This document shows positions 7,663 to 15,277 of a DNA stretch of 25,234 nucleotides, piece after piece; position 1 is the first letter of the stretch; each line of letters begins with the position of its first letter. The translations under genes were made by a program, and so were the position numbers. This DNA is from an uncultured Candidatus Saccharibacteria bacterium (lineage in GTDB: Bacteria; Patescibacteriota; Minisyncoccia; Phycocordibacterales; DSPV01). The notes under the pieces were generated by a model. It was not told the DNA's origin. It saw nothing but the letters and a program-made list of their open reading frames with translations, and ran no database searches. The stretch is taken from NCBI GenBank assembly GCA_964372805.1, contig CAYJSB010000002.1:1-25234 (forward strand). Direction: 5' to 3'.

Positions 7663-8874
7663 ATGTTATTCAAATTCAAAGCAGAAAAACCCTCTAGAGA
7701 GCTTTATGAAGGCAAACGTGAAGCGATTGATAAGTTCGCGCTCTATCAAGATATAAAGCGTGAGGGCGATACAGTAGTGTCGGTGCAAGAAATACGCACG
7801 CGTCCAAAGTTCAACTTTTCACTTGATAATATTTTATCGCGAGTTTCTATGCGCGATCGCATTTTGTTTGCTCGCAATCTAGGTAGCATGCTTAAAGCAG
7901 GACTTTCGCTTTCTCGCGCTCTTTCTGTTATGGAGCGGCAAACAGGGAAAAAAGGATTAAAGGCCGTGATAAACAAAGTCGAAGATGAAATCAATCGCGG
8001 ACAGGCCTTCAACGATTCACTTAAACTATTTCCCAATATATTTTCTACGCTTTTTGTTTCGATGGTCCGTGCTGGTGAAGAAAGCGGGAATCTCCCAAAA
8101 GCACTAATCACAACCTCAGAACAAATGATGAATACGTATCAGTTGCAGAAAAAAATCCGCGGAGCCATGATTTATCCTGCCATTATCGTCTGTGTCATAA
8201 TCGTGATCGGTATTCTAATGCTTGTATACGTGGTGCCTACACTGACGTCCGTGTTTACCGAGATGAACGTTGAATTGCCGTGGAATACCAAGATTATTAT
8301 TTATACCAGCACGTTTTTAAAGGATCACACCGTAATTTCGTTTAGCATCCTCGCGCTTTTAGCCGGAGTTATCTCGTGGGCGCGCAAGACGAAAGTTGGG
8401 AAAAGAATGCTTGATTGGTCTTTATTGCATATTCCGGTTATCAAGACGATTGCGCGAGAGTCAAACTCTGCTCGCACCGCTCGCACTCTATCATCGCTTC
8501 TTGAAAGCGGGGTTGAGGTAGTTCAATCAATTGATATAACCGCCGACGTTGTGCAGAATTCGTATTTCAAAAATGTCCTCGTGAAAGCGAAGGAGCGCAT
8601 AAAAAAAGGGGACACGCTGTCGTCTGTTTTTAATGAGCACGCGGACTTGTATCCGATATTTGTCGGCGAGATGATAGCAATCGGCGAGGAAACGGGAAAG
8701 CTTGGCGAAACGCTTTCAAATGTCGCGGATTATTACGAAGACGAAGTTTCGCAAAAAACAAAAGACCTATCAGTTATCATTGAACCAGTGCTTATGATAG
8801 TTGTCGGCGCCGCGGTCGGATTTTTCGCGCTTTCAATGCTTGCGCCGATGTATTCGCTCGTCAATGTTATTTAG
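7663..8874 (+). CDS. pilC: Type IV pilus inner-membrane platform protein PilC/GspF
   Basis: Two T2SSF repeats: LGSMLKAGLSL, SMVRAGEESGNL, IRGAMIYP, LSSLLESGV, MIAIGEETGKL, IIEPVLM. Confidence 0.95.
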   Translation: MLFKFKAEKPSRELYEGKREAIDKFALYQDIKREGDTVVSVQEIRTRPKFNFSLDNILSRVSMRDRILFARNLGSMLKAGLSLSRALSVMERQTGKKGLKAVINKVEDEINRGQAFNDSLKLFPNIFSTLFVSMVRAGEESGNLPKALITTSEQMMNTYQLQKKIRGAMIYPAIIVCVIIVIGILMLVYVVPTLTSVFTEMNVELPWNTKIIIYTSTFLKDHTVISFSILALLAGVISWARKTKVGKRMLDWSLLHIPVIKTIARESNSARTARTLSSLLESGVEVVQSIDITADVVQNSYFKNVLVKAKERIKKGDTLSSVFNEHADLYPIFVGEMIAIGEETGKLGETLSNVADYYEDEVSQKTKDLSVIIEPVLMIVVGAAVGFFALSMLAPMYSLVNVI

Positions 8875-8884
8875 ATGTTTTCAT

Positions 8885-9298
8885 ATGTCAGGTAAACGGA
8901 CACGCGTACGACTTTTCCGAAGGTCGCATGGCGGGTTTTCTTTGATAGAAGTTCTAATTTCCGTCTTTATTGTCGGCGTCACTATAATTTTATTTCAGAC
9001 TGCTCTGCAGGGAGTTTTTTTGGTAAGAATTGCTAACCATAAAGAAATAGCGTTGCGTATCGCAAATAATAAAATGGAATACGTGCGTGCTTTGCCGTAC
9101 GCATCACTGCCGACAAGCGGCACTTTTTCTGATTCGCAAATGAGTTCTATCCCATCGGGTTCTGGCACGCTCACCGTTGCCAATTTTAATTCCAAAGTAA
9201 AACAAGTAACAGCAGCTGTTACGTGGGTGGAGCCGCACGATAGTATGCAACGTTCAGTATCGATCTCTACTTTAATAACTGAAATCGGCGGTATTTGA
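8885..9298 (+). CDS. Prepilin-type (PilV-like) minor pilin
   Basis: Class III signal GG|FSLIEVLISVFIVG with Glu at +5; start moved to ATG 8885 because the ORF-track start overlaps pilC. Confidence 0.9.
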   Translation: MSGKRTRVRLFRRSHGGFSLIEVLISVFIVGVTIILFQTALQGVFLVRIANHKEIALRIANNKMEYVRALPYASLPTSGTFSDSQMSSIPSGSGTLTVANFNSKVKQVTAAVTWVEPHDSMQRSVSISTLITEIGGI

Positions 9299-9877
9299 AT
9301 GTGCAATAATACGCACAATTCCTCGGTTAAAAAACTTGGATTTACCGTCGTTGAAATATTGGTCGTGGTTGCGATATTTGTTCTGATTATTACGGTTTTC
9401 TTTGATTTGTTTTATAACTATGGACAAGTGTTTCGCACTGAATCGGCGCGAGTGGATATCGCCGGTTCTGCGCGAGACGCGATGCAGTCGCTTAACACGT
9501 ATGCATTGCAAGCAGACAAAATTCTTTCTTCAAGAATGATTGCGACAACAACTTATAGTTCGGGTCCCACGGCAGTAGTGTTTGAGCTCCCCGCCGTGGA
9601 TTCTTCCGGAGAAATCGTATCAGGCGTCTTTGATTACGTTGTCTTTTACCTAAGCGGAAAGAATTTTTACCAGAGAACCGAGGCCAATTCCGCTAGCAAT
9701 CGGGCATCCGGTTTGCGATGGTTAGGAGGCAATATAGCAGCCATAACTCTTACCTATGACAGCGTTGATTTAACCCAAGCAATAAGCATTGATGTTGATG
9801 TGCAAACCGAAGCTCTCATAAAGGATATAATGATGCAATACCGACTTCGCCAGCAGGTATATCTGCGAAACATATAA
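9299..9877 (+). CDS. Prepilin-type (PilW-like) minor pilin
   Basis: KKLG|FTVVEILVVVAIF cleavage/methylation motif; ATG directly follows the upstream TGA. Confidence 0.9.
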   Translation: MCNNTHNSSVKKLGFTVVEILVVVAIFVLIITVFFDLFYNYGQVFRTESARVDIAGSARDAMQSLNTYALQADKILSSRMIATTTYSSGPTAVVFELPAVDSSGEIVSGVFDYVVFYLSGKNFYQRTEANSASNRASGLRWLGGNIAAITLTYDSVDLTQAISIDVDVQTEALIKDIMMQYRLRQQVYLRNI

Positions 9878-9878
9878 T

Positions 9879-11642
9879 ATGATTGCGCGCCGCCCTAAAG
9901 ACAGAAAAAGAGGCCAAGTCATTATTGTCGCTTTAGTATTGAGCGCGATTTTGTTGATAATGACGACAACCTTGATCGGGTATATTATTTCACATGCTCG
10001 TGTCGGGCGTTATACTCTCGCGAGCGTGCAAGCGTTTCACCTAGCTGAAGCAGGAATTGATAAAGCAATTAACGAGCTTAATCAAAATATTGCTTATACC
10101 GGCGAGACCGCGACGCCGCTTGGGAATGGCGTTCTTTCTATCGCTATTGCCAGTCTTGCCAACAACCTGAAGCGAATCAGCGCGACTGCGTACGTTCCTA
10201 ACGCGGTGAATCCGATTGCCACGAAAACCGTTAAAGTTACCGCGGGCATCAATTCTTCAATAGTGTCATTTCGTTTCGGCGTGCAGATTGGGAATGGGGG
10301 CGTTACTATGGGCAACGGTTCTGTGATCCGAGGCAATCTTTTTTCAAACGGCAACGTATCTGGCGGAGGCCAAGTTACGGGCGATGCTACAGTCGCGAGT
10401 GGAACGCAATCATCGGCAGACCAGCAGTGGAGCATACAAAACAGCGGTTTCAATTTCGGCAACACGTCAAGCCGCGCTAATGCGGCGCAAAGTTTTACCA
10501 CGTCAGTTTCGGCGACTCTCAACAAAGTCAGTCTTAATTTGAAAAAAATCGGTGCACCTTCTGATTTAACGATAAAAATCGTTAGCGATAACGGAGACAA
10601 ACCGTCCAAAACATTATTGGCGACCGGCAACATTCCCGCTTTTTCAGTCACAACGTCGTACAGTTTTGTTGACAGTTCTTTCGCCACGAGCCCCGCCTTG
10701 AATGCCGGTCAAAAGTACTGGATTATCGCGATCGCTTCAGTCAATCCCAGCAATTATTTTATCTGGGGGATGGACAACGCTGACGGCTACGGCGAAGGCA
10801 CTGGTAAATATAGCGCGGATTGGAATGCAGGCAATCCCGTTTGGAACTTAGTTAACGGAGACCTTGGTTTTAAAACCTACATGGGCGGAGCTGACACATC
10901 ATTAAGCGGCATTACGGTTCAAGGTAATGCATTGGCGCGCACTCTTGCAAACTGTACTATTGGCGGAAACGCGTTTTACCAAATCATGTCGGGGTGCAGT
11001 GTGGCCGGGACTCTTAATCCAAACAGCCAAGAGGCGTCACCCGTGGCTATGCCTATTTCCAATGCGCAGATCGCAGATTGGGAAACGCTCGCGGAAAACG
11101 GAGGCGTTATCGCTGGCCCATATACTTTGACCGGGACCCAACTGCTAGGACCTAAAAAGATTAACGGGGATCTTACGGTAAACGGCACATTATATCTTAC
11201 CGGTCCAGTATGGGTAAATGGAGATATAACATTTGCCAACAACTCCTCTTTGATTGTGCACGCTTCAACCGGTTCAAGCGGTGCCATACTCGTCGCTGAC
11301 GCGACTGGCAATACGGCGACCATGGGCATTGTAGATCTATCGAACAATATGACAATATCCGGAAACGGCAACGCTGGCAGTTATCCTATGATATTGAGCA
11401 CTAATACAAGCGCGAATGCGATTACGATTGGCAATAATGCGACAAGCGTCATTCTTTATGCTCCAAACGGCACCGTCCGCGTCGATAATAACGCTACAGC
11501 CAATCAAATTACTGCGCACGCGCTCAACTTAAGCAATAACACCACGGTTGACTATGTAAACGGCTTGCAAAGCAGCAGCTTTTCAAATGGACCCGGAGGA
11601 TCGTGGACTACTGTGCCGGGCACATACGTTATTGCGCGCTAG
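9879..11642 (+). CDS. PilX-like minor pilin / tip protein with a large Gly/Asn/Thr-rich extracellular region
   Basis: RG|QVIIVALV signal lacking Glu5 (PilX/GspK trait), AFHLAEAGID helix, then about 450 aa of beta-rich repeats. Confidence 0.85.
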   Translation: MIARRPKDRKRGQVIIVALVLSAILLIMTTTLIGYIISHARVGRYTLASVQAFHLAEAGIDKAINELNQNIAYTGETATPLGNGVLSIAIASLANNLKRISATAYVPNAVNPIATKTVKVTAGINSSIVSFRFGVQIGNGGVTMGNGSVIRGNLFSNGNVSGGGQVTGDATVASGTQSSADQQWSIQNSGFNFGNTSSRANAAQSFTTSVSATLNKVSLNLKKIGAPSDLTIKIVSDNGDKPSKTLLATGNIPAFSVTTSYSFVDSSFATSPALNAGQKYWIIAIASVNPSNYFIWGMDNADGYGEGTGKYSADWNAGNPVWNLVNGDLGFKTYMGGADTSLSGITVQGNALARTLANCTIGGNAFYQIMSGCSVAGTLNPNSQEASPVAMPISNAQIADWETLAENGGVIAGPYTLTGTQLLGPKKINGDLTVNGTLYLTGPVWVNGDITFANNSSLIVHASTGSSGAILVADATGNTATMGIVDLSNNMTISGNGNAGSYPMILSTNTSANAITIGNNATSVILYAPNGTVRVDNNATANQITAHALNLSNNTTVDYVNGLQSSSFSNGPGGSWTTVPGTYVIAR

Positions 11643-11665
11643 CAAGAACGCGCAACCTTAGATTT

Positions 11666-11693
11666 TTGAGCGGGGTTTTTGCCGGTGTATAAT
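11666..11693 (+). promoter_or_regulatory. tpiA promoter TTGAGC-16-TATAAT
   Basis: TATAAT at 11688-11693 lies 6 nt before ATG 11700. Confidence 0.65.
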
Positions 11694-11699
11694 GTAGCT

Positions 11700-12488
11700 A
11701 TGCCACACGGTAAAAAACTCATTGTCGGAAACTGGAAGATGAATCCTCCAACGACAGAGGAGGCGAAGGCGATTTTTAGAAAAATCAAGCGAATAGCAGG
11801 ACGAATTCGGAAATCTGAAGTTGTGATTTGCCCCTCTGAAATCCATCTATCGGCGCTTGCGCGGCTTGCTTCTGGTGGGAAAGTGTCGCTTGGAGTTCAA
11901 GACGTGTTTTGGGAAGACGAAGGTTTTTTTACGGGCCAAGTGTCCCCGATGCAAGCTCGCGATGCCGGCGCTACCTATGCGATTGTCGGGCATTCGGAGA
12001 AAAGAAAGCTTGGCGAGACGAATGAGCAGGTCGCGAAAAAACTGAAGGCGGTAGTGCGCGACGGGCTTGTCGGAATTCTCTGCATCGGAGAAGCCGAGCG
12101 CGACCGCGACGGCCGTTTTTACGACGTACTTGCATCGGAGCTCCTTGGGTCGTTGTCGGAGGTGAAAGCTGAAGCGTTAAAAAAATCCGTTGTGATTGCG
12201 TATGAGCCGATTTGGGAAATAGGGAGGGCAGATATGCGTGCGATGAAACCGTTAAGCGTTCACGAAACTTCTATTTTTATACGAAAAGTAATTAATGACG
12301 CGTTTGGCGCGCAAGCTTCGCATGTAGTCCCAATTTTGTACGGGGGTTCGGTAAGCGCCGAGAACGCGCGCGCGATTGTTTTTGACGGCGAGATGGACGG
12401 ATTGCTTATCGGACGGCAGAGTTTGGATGCGAATGCGTTTTCGGAGATTCTTAAGCAGATAGATTCTTCAAAAAATGGCAAAAAATGA
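11700..12488 (+). CDS. tpiA: Triosephosphate isomerase
   Basis: GNWKMN, VGHSEKR, AYEPIW, ILYGGSV motifs; start taken at ATG 11700. Confidence 0.97.
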   Translation: MPHGKKLIVGNWKMNPPTTEEAKAIFRKIKRIAGRIRKSEVVICPSEIHLSALARLASGGKVSLGVQDVFWEDEGFFTGQVSPMQARDAGATYAIVGHSEKRKLGETNEQVAKKLKAVVRDGLVGILCIGEAERDRDGRFYDVLASELLGSLSEVKAEALKKSVVIAYEPIWEIGRADMRAMKPLSVHETSIFIRKVINDAFGAQASHVVPILYGGSVSAENARAIVFDGEMDGLLIGRQSLDANAFSEILKQIDSSKNGKK

Positions 12489-13611
12489 ACTGAAGCCGAT
12501 TAAAGACGCGAAGCTGTCGCGAGGCATGCAAGTTGTTTTACGGCTTGATCTGAATGTGCCGTGCATGAACAATGTGGTGCAAAATGATTTTCGCATAAAG
12601 CGCATACTGCCGACGTTGGAAATGCTTAAAGAGGCGGGTTGCAAGACGGTCATCATAAGCCACATTGATGCGGATTCCGGAAACACTCTCGCGCCGATAG
12701 CCAAATATCTGTCGTCGAATTTTTTTGTCGTTTTTGCGGAAAGTTTGGATGCTGGCGAGAAATTGGCTGCGCAGATATCTGAAGGGGGTTTTGTCCTTGT
12801 CGAAAATATCAGACGCGAACTTGGAGAAATGGAGAATGGCGAGAATTTTTCAAGACGACTGGCGGCGCTTGGCGACATTTATGTGAACGATGCTTTTGCC
12901 GTTTCGCATCGGGAGCATGCCTCAATAGTCGGCGTTCCCAAGATTCTGCCATCATACATAGGCACTCTGTTTGAGGAAGAAATAAAGCAGCTTTCTTTGG
13001 CGTTTTTGCCCGAGCGCCCCGCCCTTTTTGTGCTCGGCGGAGCGAAATTTGAGACGAAATTGCCTCTTCTGTTGAAATTATTGAACCGATACGACCGCGT
13101 GTTCGTGGGCGGGGCGCTCGCGAACGATATATTCCGCACGATGGGTTTGGAAGTGGGCGAGTCCTTGGTGAGTCCTATCGCGGCAGACTTAAAAACTATC
13201 GTGAACAATCCGAATCTGCGCATTCCGCTTGATGTGGTTGTAAAAAGAGATGGAGCAACCGAAACTGTGTCGCCTGAAGCGGTGAGAACATCCGACTACA
13301 TAGTTGATTTGGGAATAAAAACAGTCGAGCTCTTGGAACAGTTTGCGAGCGAGTCTAAATTCATACTTTGGAATGGACCATTGGGTTTGTATCAGGACGA
13401 ATTTATGACGGGAACGGAGCAGTTTGCAAAATCAGTTGCAAGAAGCGGAGCACGCTCAATTATAGGCGGGGGAGATACAATTGCCGCGGTTGAAAAACTC
13501 GGACTTTCAGAGAAATTCAGTTTCATCTCAACCGGCGGCGGAGCGATGTTGGAGTTTCTGGCGAATGAAACTCTGCCGGGAATTGAAGCTCTGAAGCATG
13601 TCGTTTTGTAG
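12475..13611 (+). CDS. pgk: Phosphoglycerate kinase
   Basis: RLDLNVP, ENIR, VNDAFAVSHREHAS, LGGAK, WNGPLG, GGGDT, STGGGAMLEFL; overlaps tpiA by 14 nt. Confidence 0.97.
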   Translation: MAKNELKPIKDAKLSRGMQVVLRLDLNVPCMNNVVQNDFRIKRILPTLEMLKEAGCKTVIISHIDADSGNTLAPIAKYLSSNFFVVFAESLDAGEKLAAQISEGGFVLVENIRRELGEMENGENFSRRLAALGDIYVNDAFAVSHREHASIVGVPKILPSYIGTLFEEEIKQLSLAFLPERPALFVLGGAKFETKLPLLLKLLNRYDRVFVGGALANDIFRTMGLEVGESLVSPIAADLKTIVNNPNLRIPLDVVVKRDGATETVSPEAVRTSDYIVDLGIKTVELLEQFASESKFILWNGPLGLYQDEFMTGTEQFAKSVARSGARSIIGGGDTIAAVEKLGLSEKFSFISTGGGAMLEFLANETLPGIEALKHVVL

Positions 13612-13642
13612 CAGTAACGCCCGTTGCATCAAATTTATGTGT

Positions 13643-13664
13643 TTGTTACGATATATCGTAACAA
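13643..13664. repeat. 22-bp perfect palindrome
   Basis: TTGTTACGATA|TATCGTAACAA. Confidence 0.9.
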
Positions 13665-13736
13665 CTTAACTACTCCTACCACAGAAGATACTAGAAAAAA
13701 CGAACTCTCTTGAACGCGTTTAGCAAATGTGTGAAG

Positions 13737-13941
13737 CTACTCGTCTCCAAAGCAGACTTCGTTCACCACTTCTTCCGACACGAATAGAAGTCTTCCTTTT
13801 GGAGTCCATACCAAATTCTGTCGTGTCTTGGCGTTCTTGGCGAATCGGTGTCCGCTGGCGTTGAGAGATGCCGCGTCGCCAAATACTTCAATAACCCTCT
13901 TTCCCGTCGGACACAAGATAAACGTACTTTGATTTAGGCAT
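13737..13941 (-). CDS. Small hypothetical gene, possibly frameshifted
   Basis: Promoter TTGACT-16-TAGTAT and AAAGG precede ATG 13941 (MPKSKYVYLVSDGKEGY, stop at 13888); a protein-like frame continues to 13737. The ORF-track ATG at 13964 overlaps the -10 box. Confidence 0.35.
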
Positions 13942-13996
13942 AAAAAGACCTTTCCTGAAAGCATACTACTTTTAGTTTGAGAAAAGTCAAACGTTT

Positions 13997-14359
13997 CTAG
14001 CCTAGCGCTTTCTTGATTTTTCCCGCGTTACCGGCAAGGTCGTTTTTGTCGCCTTTTACCTTGTCATTGGGGAATATCCAAATGTGCGCGTGATTGATTT
14101 CATCGCCGATTATTCTAGAGAGAATCCAGTCGGTGTTGAACGCTTTTTGTTGTGCGACGGCGATTTTTCGCACTACTTCAAAATACTCCCCGACGTTTGG
14201 CACATCCCACACCCAGCGGTAGTGTTTTTTCGGAATCACCTGTGTGTGCCCGGGCGTGTGCGGGTGAATGTCTAGAAACGCGAAGAAGTCTCTGTCTTCA
14301 TAGACTTTGTGAGACGGAATGTCACCTTTGACGATTTTGCAAAATACGCAGTTGCCCAT
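13997..14359 (-). CDS. HIT (histidine triad) family protein
   Basis: CVFCKIVKGDIPSHKVYED, AFLDIHP, GHTQVIPKKH, triad region HAHIW. Confidence 0.93.
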   Translation of the reverse strand: MGNCVFCKIVKGDIPSHKVYEDRDFFAFLDIHPHTPGHTQVIPKKHYRWVWDVPNVGEYFEVVRKIAVAQQKAFNTDWILSRIIGDEINHAHIWIFPNDKVKGDKNDLAGNAGKIKKALG

Positions 14360-14378
14360 AGTGGTATTTTATCATAAG

Positions 14379-14407
14379 AAAAACCCCACCCTTGCAGGCG
14401 TGGGGTA
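14379..14407 (-). terminator. Intrinsic terminator for the 14430..15038 gene
   Basis: CCCCAC / GTGGGG stem with an A-run on its left that reads as a U-tract on the minus strand. Confidence 0.6.
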
Positions 14408-14429
14408 CACAATCAAATCATGTGTGTTG

Positions 14430-15038
14430 TTATGCGCAGGCTAGAGCGAGAGCTCGCACCGCTTCCTCGGGTTTCGTCAAACGAGCTAACTGTCTCGCAA
14501 GTGCCGCTGAAGGGTCTCTCACTTCGCGCCAGACCCTGCTGAATCCGGGCTCATAGCCGACTTGTATTGGTATGACCGATATCCTTTCTGCAAGTTTGGC
14601 GCGCGTCGCGCGTGCGCGCTTGCTTCGCGGTATCATTCTTGCAAACATCAAGTCAAACGGAGACGAACCCCGTTTATCCCGTTCCACCGAGAGTGCGATC
14701 CCATGATCTGAGTTGCCGCTGATGAGCAAGCCTGACTCAGGAGCAAAACGACCGCTACCTAACCTGAAGACAGTCGCATGTCCAGTTCCCAGCGCTTGTG
14801 TGAGTGTAGCTTGGATTTTCCTGCTGTTTCTGACGACACGCCTCATGGCGGCGGTTGCTTGGTCAATCAGACGCTCAAGATCTGCATCCGCGACCTCTTC
14901 AGTTCGCTCGCGTTTCTTTTGGAGTGTGGCGAAACGTCGCGCACACGCGATACGGCGGGTGCGGACGACCTTGCGCGTTTCGTCAAATAGCGTATCAAGG
15001 TTCTGAACTTTTTTACTCCGGGTACTAGCGGTTTTCAT
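14430..15038 (-). CDS. Hypothetical Arg/Ala-rich basic protein
   Basis: 202-aa ORF with an upstream TTGACT-16-GATAAT promoter-like site, AAAGGA and a downstream terminator. Confidence 0.7.
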   Translation of the reverse strand: MKTASTRSKKVQNLDTLFDETRKVVRTRRIACARRFATLQKKRERTEEVADADLERLIDQATAAMRRVVRNSRKIQATLTQALGTGHATVFRLGSGRFAPESGLLISGNSDHGIALSVERDKRGSSPFDLMFARMIPRSKRARATRAKLAERISVIPIQVGYEPGFSRVWREVRDPSAALARQLARLTKPEEAVRALALACA

Positions 15039-15133
15039 AGATAGATAGATAGAACTTTTTCCTTTCTGTTGAGGTTTGAATCTCTAGAGGCATTATCCTT
15101 TTTTGCGGCAGAAAGTCAAGCAAGCAAGGTATG

Positions 15134-15142
15134 TGATACAAT
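15134..15142 (+). promoter_or_regulatory. Extended -10 box of recJ (TG-A-TACAAT)
   Basis: TG at 15134-15135 and TACAAT at 15137-15142, 7 nt before ATG 15150. Confidence 0.55.
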
Positions 15143-15154
15143 TTTACCCATGAA

Positions 15155-15277
15155 TCCCGTTAGAGACCGCTTCGCTACGGGAAACTAAATCTATCAGTGC
15201 TTATCTTGTTTACAAATAGTAATATGACAAAACGAAGTTTGTATAACTGCAAGAAGCGTTCCCTGTCTCTGACGGGA
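15155..15277. mobile_element. 123-bp MITE-like insertion with 12-bp terminal inverted repeats and a TGAA direct repeat on both sides
   Basis: TCCCGTTAGAGA (15155-15166) and TCTCTGACGGGA (15266-15277), 11/12 complementary; TGAA at 15151-15154 and 15278-15281. Confidence 0.7.

Noticed and set aside
12640-12690. PGK has SHIDAD instead of SHLGRP (one basic-patch Arg missing)
   Set aside because: Other substrate and ATP motifs are intact and single changes in this loop are too weak to call a functional shift without an alignment.
13888-13890. TGA read as Gly (code 25) to extend the small ORF
   Set aside because: TGA ends the pilin gene at 9298 and comEC at 20025, and long core genes have no in-frame TGA.
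13899-13905. G GGA AAG as a programmed -1 frameshift site
   Set aside because: Joining the two frames needs a shift in the opposite direction, and no stimulatory structure is evident.
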